The translations under genes were made by a program, and so were the position numbers. Of a stretch of DNA of 64,000 nt, positions 27,524 to 39,724 are shown in pieces. Source of the stretch: Podarcis vaucheri (lineage: Eukaryota); the NCBI GenBank assembly GCA_965113315.1, contig OZ220369.1; one strand, written 5' to 3'. Within the stretch, counting starts at the first letter, position 1, and every line of letters begins with the position of its first letter. The notes under the pieces are model-generated. The model did not search any database, was not told the origin of the DNA, and saw only the letters and a list, made by a program, of their open reading frames with translations.

Positions 27524-30129
27524 GGCCTTCTAGCTGAAAAAGTTTCCCTAGCTGTGCTTTAAGGTGTAATGTTCTGTAACCCCTTGCTAGACCAAGCTAA
27601 AGGGGGGCTTTTCCTGTGTGACATCAATCCACCAGCCACTGAACTACAGAGGATCTGCCCCGCTTTTTTTGGTAGAGTCCAACATGTATTATATCATAAC
27701 CCTAAGCAGGCTGTCTATGTTCAAAATTTGCTGTGTTTAAAAACACTTCTATCCTTCCATTTATAGCCACTCTCGAAGCCAAGAGACATCAGTGAACAAA
27801 ACACCATAACTGTTCCTTTACAAATCAAATGATGTTAGACAAGGAGTATGTGTGTGTGTGTGAATAAATACCACAGCTTGATCCTTAAGGGGTGGGGGGA
27901 ACCAGAAATGAAGAAACTTTATTTGAAACTTCAGGGTGGAAGTGTGATGGGTCAATCTCACCTAAATTAAATTACCCTACTCTATTAGCAATACAAATTC
28001 AGTGTAACAAAAGCGTCATGAATCTCTGTGACAAGGTAAAGGCGGGGCTCTCGCCTCAGATGAACAGAGCGCTTGATCGAGACCGAAGTGAACACAGCTC
28101 ACTCATATTTAAAACATTCTTTCATATATTTTTAATAAAACAACTGATACCAATTCAAAACTGCCTTCATAAATCAAACATTATTCAATGTACCGGCGCT
28201 CCAAGGTTTTCTCCCACTGAAGCATGCCTGTCTCGGAGACAAGGGTGGGGTGGGGTGTTGTGTGTGGGGGTTTTCCCCCCCTTCTTCTTCCTCACATGAG
28301 TGCTTGAGGTTTTATGAAAGGTTTATTGGATTTCATAGTCCCTTAAGGGGAAACCCTTTAAATGTCTCCGCAATTATAAGACTAATAACACTTTCAGCTC
28401 TTGGACACAGCCTTGACTTGACAAAGATAAGGAACTGGAAGTTACTCAGTCAATACAAAGCTATTAATCTCTGTCACCCTGCTGTCAATGCGGCTCAGGG
28501 AAACAATGTCGTCTCTTGACCTACGCGGAGTCATGTAGTGATTTTATTCAGGATGTCAGCATTCATTGGGACAGGTTTTGTCACACCCCGACTCCCTCCA
28601 AGAACTCCCGGTTCTTTATCTTGACTGCAGTGACACCCTTCAGATAGCAGGAGTTTGTTTCCGTCTCGGCTTATTGTTGTCATTTAGCAGTTATTCATGG
28701 GTGGAACCTTTTCTGGGAGAGAAAATTGGCATCCTCTGCGACAGAGAAAGAAAGACAGAGAAAAGGAGCAGGGACTGATGCATACACCTGCTCACTACTC
28801 AATTAGTCTATACTATGGCTCTCCTTAGTACCCCATGCATTTAAAGCTCATGGCTTCCCCTAAATAATCCTGGGAACTTAATTTACCCCTTGCATTCTCC
28901 AGCACTGCAAAGAAACTACAGCCCCCAGGATTCTTTGGGAGAAGTCATGTGCTTCAAATGTGCTCTCAGTTGTATGGCATGTGGGGAGCTTTAGGTATAC
29001 ATGTTTTATTGCCAGCCTCTGGTGGTGACCTGCAGTTCTGAGTGTGCCAACCACAGATATTCTGTGGATCAGCATCCCACTTGAGATGAGACAGGCACGC
29101 CCAATCTGTTGAAGACATTTTTGGGCCAGCAGCTGGATAAATGGGTCTTTGTCACAAGATTTCACTTATCAGGGTTTTAGCCTTGCTAAATTAGGTGGAT
29201 ATTGCCTTGAGATGGTGATTTAGAAGGACATTAATAGATTAATTGCAATAATAGTAATTAGTTGGTCACTGTGAGAACAGGATGCTGGACTGGAGAAGCC
29301 ACTGGCCTGATCCTGCAGGCTCTTCTCAAGTTCTTATGCTCTTAATTTGTTGTTGGGTTTGCAAATCAGTCTATAGCAAGGAAAGGAAACAAGTGGCCTT
29401 CCAGATGTTGTATTCGGGCAACCATCAGCCCCAGCCAGCATGGCTAAAGGTCAAGGGCGATGGGAGCTGTAATCCAGCAGCATCTGGAGGACCACAGCTT
29501 CCCCATCCCTGATTTAGAGTATGGGTGGAGAGATTCTTTCATTCAGCCTGAAGGCCTGTCTATACCTCCATCACAGATCAAATCACACCAGCAGAGCCTT
29601 CGTCAAGTGGTTAAATGGTGAACTTCCATTTGTGAAGCTGACATGAATGCATGAACATATTCCTCTGTATATCACCTTGAGGAAATATGAAAGGCCTGTC
29701 TGTTTTGCTTGATCAGCAATGCCCCTTTCCCGCATGCAAAACATCACCTGATGTTGAGGTCTTCAAGAGGCAGAAATGCGTATGTGAACCAGACCTGCCA
29801 TTTTCTTGCCTGTTCCAACACAGGTTGATTCTAATCTTTGGTAAAACTGAATGTTCCCCCTCCCACCCACCCCATCCTCACTGCTGAAGTTTAATTTGTT
29901 TGTTTGTTTTTCTACACATATCACATTTTGGTTGAATTTATCTGGGATAATCTATGCTTCAGGCACCTCTGGCACAGTGCATCGAAGGCTGCTTTTGAAC
30001 TAGGGATTAGCATCACAGCCTGTTGTCAGTGCAGCAACTCAGTACTGGAAATGGAAAATAAGAAAATTCAAACAGGCCATGAAAGAATGGGAAAGGGAAC
30101 CCAAACAAGCACACTGAAATGCAATGGAG

Positions 30130-30462
30130 AGAATTGAAGGTTCCACATTTTGGGGGAGCAGGCTGTGGGGGATCAAATACACTGGGACAATGAAAACTTG
30201 GCTTGACATTAGTAAATGTGAAAAGGATGTGTGGATTATATACCAATAACACAAGCTAAAAGCTCAGCCAGGTGTGTGATGCAGCTTCCTAAAAGGCTAA
30301 TGTGATTCTAGGCTCCATTAATAGAAACATAGTTTTCAAGTCAAAGGAAGTAACAGTTCCATTTTAGCTAGGCCTCATCTGTGGTCAATGCCAGTTGCCA
30401 AACTTTAAAGCAGGATATATCAACAATAGAATGCATTCAGAGAAGGGCAACAAAGATGGTCA
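30130..30462 (+). mobile_element. CR1 LINE ORF2 fragment (degenerate)
   Basis: Remnant translation KANVILGSINR...DISTIECIQRRATKMV, typical of CR1 ORF2. Confidence 0.75.
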
Positions 30463-30466
30463 GCAG

Positions 30467-31345
30467 TACAGGGCAAGGCCCCATCTGCCTGGAGGCGGTT
30501 GGTGGATGGATGGCGGCTAACAGATTGAGGTTGAATTCTGACAAGACAGAAGTACTGTTTTGGGGGGACAGGGGGTGGCAGGTGTGGGGGACTCCCTGGT
30601 CCTGAATTGGGTAACTGTACCCCTGAAGGACCAGGTGCACAGCCTGGGAGTCATTTTGGACTCACAGCTGTCCATGAAGGCGCAGGTCAATTCTGTATCC
30701 AGGGCAGCTGTCTACCAGCTCCATCCGGTACACAGGCTAAGACCCTACCTGCCCGCAGACTGTCTCGCCAGAGTGGTGCATGCTCTGGTTATCTCCCGCT
30801 TGGACTACTGCAATGCACTCTACATGCGGCTACCTTTGAAGGTGACCCAGAAACTACAACTAATCCAGAATGTGGCAGCTAGACTGGTGACTGGGAGTGG
30901 CCGCCAAGACCACATAACACCAGTCTTGAAAGACCTACAGTGGCTCCCAGTACGTTTCCAGGCACAATTCAAAGTGTTTGTGCTGACCTTTAAAGCCCTA
31001 AACGGCCACGGCCCAGTATACCTGAAGGAGCGTCTCCACCCCCATCATTCAGCCCAGACACTGAGATCCAGTGGCGAGGGCCTTCTGGTGGTTCCCTCGC
31101 TGTGAGAAGTGAGGTTACAGGGAACCAGACAGAGGGCCTTCTCAGTAGTGGCGCCTGCCCTGTGGAACACCATCCCATCAGTTGGCAAGGAAATAAGCAG
31201 CTATCTTATTTTTAAAAGACATCTGAAGGCAGCCCTGTTTAGGAGAGTTTTTAATATTTAATGCTGTATTGTTTCTAAAACTCGATTGGGAGCCGCCTAG
31301 AGTGGCTTGGGAAACTGAACCAGATGGGCGGGGTATAAATAATAA

Positions 31346-31384
<39 letters not shown>
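30467..31384 (+). mobile_element. L2-clade LINE, 5'-truncated, with (TAT)n tail
   Basis: WMAANRLRLNSDKTEVL followed by ORF 30560-31105 (LGVILDSQLS..VHALVISRLDYCNALY..LQWLPVRF); (TAT)n tail at 31346-31384. Confidence 0.92.
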
Positions 31385-31387
<3 letters not shown>

Positions 31388-32647
31388 TATCATACCACTT
31401 TAAACAATCACAGCTCCTCCCAAAGAATCCTGGGAACTGTAGTTTGTTAAGAGTGCTGAGAGTTGCTAGGAGGCCCCTAATCCTCTCAGAGAGCTACAGT
31501 TCCCAGGGTGGTTTATCCATCCATCCTCTTTCCTGGGAATTCTGGGAATGATACTTTTGTGAGATGAGTAGGAATAGCTGTCTTACCAGCCAAATTTTGT
31601 AGGAGGAATTCCTAGCCACTGAGGTCACGTGGCCCTCTAGCAACAAAGATGGGTCCAGGAGCATCCTCACGCTATGAACAACTCCCTCCAAAGGTGGATG
31701 GATAAGCAGTTGGTGATATGGTATGGGTCTGATCTATAATCCCACAGGTCACGCATTCCCAAACCCTCAAATTGGCCTAAAGTAGTTCATTGGTTTCCTG
31801 CCAATACGCGCCTTGAGATGCAATTAAACAAAGCATGTAAATAGGCAGCTGATCTAAAACAAATTAACTACAAATATTCCAAAAGCATACTTCTCATTTT
31901 TAGAATTTTTTTTAATTATAAAATCTGAATAAAGGAATCAATGAATAAAAATGTGCAGCAAGCTGAAATTTCATTAAATGATTGATTATTAATAACTTAT
32001 GAATAATGATGATCCCTGTCTGGCTGCATTTCATAAGATTGTCATTTTGCCCCAGCCTTCATTTGGGTACCACTGAAAACGAGGACTTGAACTGAAAATG
32101 ATGTAGCCGGTCTCCTAAACAGATACGTTTACTGGGTGTTTATTTTGCTATCCCTTATACGGTTGGATGGCCATCTGTCATATATAATCTAGTTGAGATT
32201 TCTGCATTGCAGGGGGTTGGACTAGATGGCCCTTAGGATCCCTTCCATATTTACAGTTCTATGCTTCTATGATTTTATTATTTGTTTTTGGACCCTCTAG
32301 ACATCTCAGGCACCCTGGGATCAGACCTGAGGATCTGTGAGGAGGAACAGCAGCAGGCAACCAACTCAGCCCAGACTCCCTAGGTTGTCTCCAGCCAAGT
32401 TCTACTCAAGGGTAAATCCACTGAAATTAGTAAACCTAGGTTATTCGTACCCATTAATTTCAATGGGTCTAATACTCTCTGATGTTGGATGCGGCTTCCT
32501 GTTTAGTTAGAAATATCTGCCACTATTTCAGCATTACAGCGGAGATGGGCAGATCACTTTATCCAGATCTTTCTCCCATTTGTTCACTCTTAAGTCTGTT
32601 CCATTCTGTTGCCATGCTCATCATCTATTTAAATCCACCCCACCACG

Positions 32648-32649
<2 letters not shown>

Positions 32650-32719
<70 letters not shown>
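32650..32719. repeat. Compound (CT)n(CA)n microsatellite
   Basis: Direct reading. Confidence 0.95.
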
Positions 32720-32721
<2 letters not shown>

Positions 32722-33399
32722 ATATTTTTAAATTATCTGGTTGGCCTTGGAAGAATAAGAAGAAACTTAACCCTTGGTGATTTATGTAATGTACAGTATA
32801 AAATGTAATGTACTACATCTCCAATTTGGCCTTTTCTGCATATGCAAATAAACTTCCTTTACTGGCTTATTAGAAAATCCACCCACCAAATATGTTAGTA
32901 GAAATGGTTTAGAATCTAAGCTAGGTAAAAGTATGCCTAACCAGTGGGGGTTGTTTTTTTAATCCCCACAGGTAGTTGTCCTTTAATGGTCAGATTTGAT
33001 TTGATTATACCAAAAGGCAGGTTTACAATCCTTCATCTGTTCACTTGGAACTCTCCATGGTGCTGAAATAACCGGGCTGCCTTGACCCCATGGGTACCAG
33101 ATACTGACAAGACAGAGAGCTATTGTGAAGATAAAATGGGTGGTGGAGAGGACTGTATGCAGCACCCTGGGGTCCTTGGAGGAAGACTGTATCATAAATA
33201 TGAATATGCAAATAATATTTCACTGTGGCTGTTCCTTAGTTCCTGACTACTGTTTGGCGGCCATCTAATGGTCCAGCTTCAACATATCTTAAAGATGGGC
33301 ATCATTGTGAAGGTGGGGCCAAACAGACTTACTTAGGAAGATAGGAAGCTGCCTTATGCTGAGTTAGACCATTGCTTCATATAGCTCAGTATTGTCTAC

Positions 33400-33620
33400 A
33401 TGGCTACTAGCCATGATGGCGATGCTCTCTCTGCCTCCATGATCAGAGGCAGCAATGCTTCTGAATTCCTGTTACTGAAAACCACAGGAGGGGAGATGGC
33501 TGGTGCTCTGGTCCTGCTTTCCAGTTTCCCACAGGCACTTGGTTGGCCTCTTTGAGAAGAGGATGCTGAACTAAATGAGCCATTGGCCTGATCCAGCAGG
33601 GCACTTCTTATATTCTTATG
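33400..33620 (+). mobile_element. CR1-type 3' end
   Basis: Reverse complement of the family at 10435; TTCTTAT(A)TTCTTATG tail. Confidence 0.7.
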
Positions 33621-35819
33621 CACATTGACTCTAGGGCTTCTGGAAGGATTCTCACCCAGACCTACCTGGAAATTCCAAGGATCAAAGTGCTCCACCACCC
33701 AAAAACCACCAAGAAGGAAAGCCATGGCACCTAAGCCAATTTAACTCCACAGTATGGACCTTACCTACTAGGGGCAAGTCACACAACCTTGGCTTATATT
33801 GTTCCAGGTGGTGGCTGTGGTTGGCCATGAGAGGGTCTCTCATTTGGAATTCACCATCAGTTTTGGAGACATCCCTCATCTTACTTTAAGCTGCACACTC
33901 TGATCCTCTCTGATCGTTATATCTTGCACCTCTGGACTTCTGCCAGCGCCACATTGCAACCTGACAGGATGCACTGTAAAGTCTCTCCTTTGCCGATACA
34001 CTGTATGCAGCTGTCACCTCTGCTTAGCCTCCCATCGTGCAAATTAAATGTGACTGGCAGGAGAGGATGGGACAGAGAGTTTCAGACACTTGAAGTTCTG
34101 GGACAAGGTGTGCTTTCACTTTCAAAAGACATTCCCTTTGGAGAGCCCTCTCCTCCCACTCACCTTAATGCTACTCCTTTGGAAGCTGCTGCCACTAAGT
34201 GTTTCTTTCTTTTGTCACTCCTTGTTTGTTTGTTTGTTGACCACATTTCTATCCTGCCTTTCCTCCAAGGAGCTCAAGATGATGTGCATGGTTCACCCCC
34301 TCTCCATTTTATTCTCACAACAACCCTGCGAGGTAAGTTAGGAACTGGCCCAAGGTTACCCAGTGATCTTCATGGCTAAATGGGGGTTTGGGCCCAGGTT
34401 TCCCAAGTCCTAGACCCTCGTCTGCACTAGACATTTAAACAGTCATGGCTTCCTCCCCAAAATCCTAGAAATGGTAGTATGACAAGGGTTGTGGTAGGAA
34501 ACCCCTATTTGCCCTACAGAGCTACAATTTCCAGAATTTCTTTCCAAAGGGATTGGTCACTAAGCCACTCTGAGAATTTTAGATTTTGTTTTTAAAACAC
34601 ACCCACACACCCACACACACCCACACACAGACAGACAGACAGACACACACACCAGTGCATGGATTCTAAGTCAGCTTCTACTGGTGTGAGAATCCCCAGA
34701 CTGAAATCCACTCACAGGATGCTTTCACCAGCAGAAGGAGGGGAGTAACTTTCACCTTAGTGAAATCTGCTCTGGGAGGGTTGGAAGGGCTCTGGAGGAG
34801 TATGAAAGGCAGTACAGGGGAAACTGGTATAAATTGCTTTTCCTCTCTCCCATCCATCAGCAGATTCCTCCATTGGCTATCTGTTCCACCCATGAAGGAA
34901 GAGAAGGAGCCCTTCTCTAAACAGATGCCTAGTTAGGATCCGAGCCATTATATATTTTAAACATTTTATAGCACTGGACACATAAAGTTTATGCATTGGT
35001 TTTGGACCATTAACCCGTTGTTTCTGAAGCAAGGACCTAAACGTTTTGTCATCCTAGATGAAAACAGGCCAGTGAAGTGACTTCTAAAGGACAATGATTT
35101 GGAGCTATTCATAGGTGCATATGCTTAAAGACAGAGTATTGGCACTAGGAAACTGCACCTGTTTACATGTATCCCTCATCCGCCCTCAAGAGAGATCATT
35201 TTTAAGACACACTGTGAGATTCTTAAATTCATCACCTCTGGAAACAGGCCCTTAAAATATCGGAGCATTTAAATTTTAGTGTGTGTTAATGGTTTGGCCA
35301 CAAGAATATTTCACTGCGTAATGAGTTAATTTGGAAGTTGAGTCGTAAAAGTGAGAACCGAACGAAACCATTTTCAGTTTTTAATTGGGTGGAACAACAG
35401 AGGCAGGGCCAGGATGTTTCGCCTGCTGTGGAAACCATAAATCAGTGCAGGAGCCAGTATGTAGAAAAGTAATGTGTCCCTTTCAAATTGCTGCAAGGAA
35501 AAACGGCTCCATCTGCTTGCCACTCCGTAATAAATAATGCCATATAAATGGATTTTAGGATCACTGGGAATGTGCCTTTTAAAAGGAGAGTGTAAGCTGT
35601 CAGGAGGGGGCAGAAAGAGAAGAAGGGACACAACTATTGTAGTGGTTTAACCTGCCCAATCACAACACCTCTCTCCATTATTATCTGATGCTACAGTCAG
35701 CTACACAATAAAGGGACATAGTTGCTGAAAAACCTTATTGCAGGCTAGATCCATTTTAAAAAGAAGAAAGCATAAAAGTTGTTTAATACCTCTTTCTTTA
35801 TTTTAAAAAGAAATCCTAT

Positions 35820-36020
35820 GAACAGGAAAACATAAGGAGCCCTGCTGGATCAGGCCAATAGCCAGTCTAGTCCAGCATCCTGCTTTCACAGTAGCCATCC
35901 AGATGCCTGTGCAAAACAGGGATTCAGGATTTGAGCACAACAACATTCTCCTCTTCTGCAGCTTCCAGCAACTGCTATTCAGAAGCATTACTGCCTCCAG
36001 CTGCAGAGGCAGAGCATAGA
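35820..36020 (-). mobile_element. CR1-type 3' end
   Basis: Homologous to 10435-10640. Confidence 0.75.
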
Positions 36021-36088
36021 TGGAGGAGGGTGGAGGAGGTAGGTTCCCGGGGGAGAATACAGGTGCATGCGGAAGAATTTAAGAAGAA

Positions 36089-36266
36089 AGCCCGTAGCTC
36101 AATAGCAAAGCATCTGCTTTGCATGCAGAAGGTCCTAGGTTCAATCCCTGGCACCCCCAAATAGGGTTAGAAAAGACTCATTGTCTGAAAACTGGAGAGG
36201 CAGTGCCAGTACTGAGCTAGATGGACCAATTGTCTGGATCAGCAGAAGGCAACTCCTATGTTCCTT
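36089..36266 (+). mobile_element. tRNA-derived SINE
   Basis: Head GCCCGTAGCTCAATAGCAAAGCATCTGCTTTGCATGCAGAAGGTCCTAGGTTCAATCCCTGGCA followed by a shared body; other copies at 26678 and ~51990. Confidence 0.75.
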
Positions 36267-36975
36267 TGAGAATTCATGGTGGAAGGACCACCACCTCCAA
36301 ACCACTTGACGGACTTGGGATGGCCAGGGTTGAAGGCAGGGTGGGAGTAGCTGGAGGATACATAAGTACAGCAGCTCCAGGAATGGCAAATTCCCCCCCC
36401 CCCTTCTTGAGGGCATGCCAGGGGAATTAGAGGGCCTTGGGTCCTGTAAATTTAAAGGAAAACAGGGAGCTGCCTTATATCTACTGCTCTATCTACTATT
36501 CTAAGGTGGTCCAGAAGCTGCTGCTAGTGCATAATGCAGTGGCTGGGTTGGTGAGTGCAGCATCTTGATGGGACCATGTGTAACCAGTCCTACAAGTGCT
36601 GCACTGACTGTCAGTGAGCCACTAGGTCCACGCCAAGGTGTGAGTTTTAGCTTGCAGAGCTGTAAATGGCTCGGGAGCCCACAACCTAAGAGAACCCCAG
36701 TTATCAATCAACTCAGGTCTTTCAATTGGCAGGAGATGCCCTATTGGTGTTGCCTGGATGGTCCTGACTCATGACAAGGCCTTCTTGGTAGTGGCTCCCT
36801 GTTTGCCCTCCCTGGTGAGGTGTGCTGCCTGCCTCCTTCATTATTAACATTCAGGTGGAATTTAAAGACATTGGTGTGTCCCCAGGCATTGGGTGGCTTT
36901 CACAAACTGTTGCAGGCAGCCTTTAAATGATTGATCTGTGAAGATATTTGGTCGCTTTTAAAATGTTGTTTATTG

Positions 36976-37812
36976 CAGTGTTTCCCAACCGGTGTTCCGC
37001 GGCACACTAGTGTGCCGCGAGATGTTGCCTGGTGTGCCGTGGGAGGGAGGCGGGCGAGGCGGGCGGCGAGAGGCGGGGCGGCGGCGGCGAGGAGAGGCCG
37101 CCCAGTGCGGGGCTCTCGCAGTCTGCCTGCCTGGCTGCCTGCGTGGCGCTGACGTCACGGGGCTGTAACGTGCCCCACATAGGCACACGCGGGGCGGCAA
37201 GCGAGCTCCCTCCCACATCCCATCGCCCCTCGCTACGGCCGGCCTACTGGGCTGTCGCAGGCGGAAGGCCTGCGCATGCGCGAGGTTTTTGCGCCTTCGG
37301 GATTCCCTTCACGCCTTCCTCCTCCCGGGTCCTTGAGAGCGCGGGAAGCGGCAGCGCGAGACCGCCGTTGAGCCTGGTAGGTATTGTGCTTGCCAAGGCA
37401 GTCATTTGGGAAATGAAAACTTGCAAAGCAAGCAACCAGTTCAATCTGAAGTACGTGTATGCTTAATATCCTGTATCTGAAACCTGTTCTGCCCCCTCCC
37501 CCACACTTGGTGCCATTTTCATCTACACATGCAGCAGAGTAAGTTGACCCAGAATAGTACCAATTCAGATGGCAGATGGGAGAATGACAGTGCTGAATGC
37601 TTTCCCATGTAGAACAGTCCCTGCAAATAAAAACCTAGCATATTTGGAAGAGGGATGCTAGCCTAACCATTACCTTCTATGCTGTTACTATTTTTTTATT
37701 TTTTTTTTACATAAGTAAAAAGTGACCTTTCCCCATCTGGCATGGTGGTGTGCCTCGAGATTTTTTTCATGAAACAAGTGTGCCTTTGCTCAAAAAAGGT
37801 TGGGAAACACTG
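36976..37812 (-). mobile_element. Cargo-carrying non-autonomous hAT element, copy B (837 bp)
   Basis: 15-bp TIR CAGTGTTTCCCAACC / GGTTGGGAAACACTG; perfect 8-bp TSD GTTTATTG (36968-36975, 37813-37820). Ends shared with 49063-50431 in opposite orientation; interior unrelated and CpG-rich. Confidence 0.93.
37146..37385 (+). promoter_or_regulatory. CpG-island promoter-like cargo within hAT copy B
   Basis: CRE TGACGTCA (37150-37157), ETS-like GGCGGAAG (37260-37267), NRF1-like TGCGCATGCGC (37271-37281), then a pyrimidine-rich leader and donor-like CTG|GTAGGT at 37377. Confidence 0.55.
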
Positions 37813-37870
37813 GTTTATTGGTTTGTTGTTTGACTGTTTGCTCCCCCAGGATCCACCCAAGGAACTAGCC

Positions 37871-38006
37871 CAGGCTTCCTCAACCTCGGCCCTCCACATG
37901 TTTTGAGACTACAATTCCCATCATCCCTGACCACTGGTCCTGCTAGCTAGGGATCATGGGAGTTGTAGGCCAAAAACATCTGGAGGGCCGAGGTTGAGGA
38001 AGCCTG
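37871..38006. mobile_element. 136-bp palindromic hAT MITE
   Basis: TIR CAGGCTTCCTCAACCTCGGCCCTCCA / TGGAGGGCCGAGGTTGAGGAAGCCTG; perfect 8-bp TSD AACTAGCC (37863-37870, 38007-38014). Confidence 0.93.
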
Positions 38007-39724
38007 AACTAGCCTATCATAGAAAGGCACCATTTATGTTCAGTGCTCTAACCACTTTCGCCTCCGTCTCTGCCCACTAGTGCCCTTTAGCCTCCCCAAA
38101 AATTACCAAGGAGGGAGCTTGGTTTTCATGCTAAACAATGTTCCCTCACCCATGGTTTATAGTGGAAACATCCATTATGTTTCACTGAACAGCTTCATGT
38201 GTTTTGTCACCATCATCATCATTATTAAAATAATTTATATACCACCTTCTATTTCAAGAAGAAATACCTTTTATGTAATGGAAAAGCAAGAGTACCACTA
38301 CATCCATTTCTTGTGTAGCAAAGACCTGCTGTGTTGCAGTTGCTGTCTTCACACTGTGAATAATTTGACTCTGCTGCTCATTATGTATTGCTTTTAAAGG
38401 TATTATTATGTGTTATTATGTGTTTATTAAATTGAATTGCATTTATAGAACTTTTAATTTTCAGCATTTTTATGGATATTACAGTATGTGTGTTCATTCT
38501 GTGGTTTATTACAGTACTATGTTGTAAGCCACCCTGTTGTCTTTTGACAAAGGACAGCCAATAAATTTCTCATAAATAAATGACCATTTGTGCCCACAGG
38601 TTTCATGCTCCAGTACAGACTTGGGTTTGAAGCATAGTTGTTTTCTGTATGCAATGCCCCTAAACTGTTTCCTGGATTGGAGCTTTGCTTGTCTTAGAAA
38701 AATCTCCATGCATGATCCAATAGAATTTTAAAGGGCTTACGAATGAGGAACGCTGGCCAGGTGTAAAAATAGAGGTTCTTCCACTTCTATTGCATGATCT
38801 GCGTGGTGCCTGGTTTTCTTCCATCTGTGCACGTTTCAGACGGTGTAATTAAAGCCACACGCTGACAAAACTGGTGCCCGGATTATGTTTGGGTCAAAGG
38901 AACCTGTGAACGGCTTGGGAAATCTTTGAAGCGGGCCAGGCTGTGAGGTGAAACAAAAGGGATGGATTGTGTTAACTTCAAAAGAAAATAAGGAATTCAG
39001 GAGCACAGGCCATCTTTGGCTGTCTGGCTACACGACAGTGCGTGGATTTTTCCGCTCTAGACTGGTGGATGCCTTTCGTTATTCTCCTTTTGTTTACCCC
39101 TAGAGCTTACGCACAGGTACAGTACAATGATCTCCCGCCAGGAGGTATGATAGATTCATCTCTTTTCTCCTCTCTCTTATCACCTTGTTATTACCTTTGA
39201 CCTCTGGGTAAATTGGATTTGGGTTTAAATTGCACAGATGCTGCGTCTCCATATTTATTCCGAAAAGGCAAAGAGTTCAGAACCTTGATACTTGGCACAC
39301 GGTGTAGAATGGACTCTTGGAAAATATGTGCAACTCACTCTTCACTATTTGCATTTATAGATTTCCCCCTAACCCCACTTCAAGCTAAAATGAATTGGGA
39401 AGAGGACATTCACAGGCAAATTCACTCAACTTCAGTACTCTTGTAAAAGCATCACATCCATATTTTCATCTGACCGTTTTGACACAGAATTTTCTATTCT
39501 TTTGGATTTAACTACCTGATCTCCCCAGCTCCTCCCCCATAGACTTCATGACATCACAGTAACTCAAAGGGGGCTTATAGATGGATAGCAGACAGTCAGC
39601 TGAATTCTTGCAATGCTGCTGTTGTCATTATCAAAACTCATCTCACACAGCATCGTTCCTGGTGGCTGCCAGGAAAGAAAAATTGTGGCCACCAGTGAGT
39701 AGCCAGAAGAAGAAACTCTGGTTT

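Noticed and set aside
36089-36155. tRNA gene
   Set aside because: Degenerate stems, continues into a shared SINE body and has several decayed copies; the same applies to other SINE heads.
36931-37466. ORFs in hAT copy B as a transposase
   Set aside because: Short, with no BED or DDE features.
39103-39143. Small exon-like segment (polypyrimidine-TAG ... GAG|GTATGA)
   Set aside because: Isolated, with no partner exons or recognisable peptide; not supportable without RNA data.
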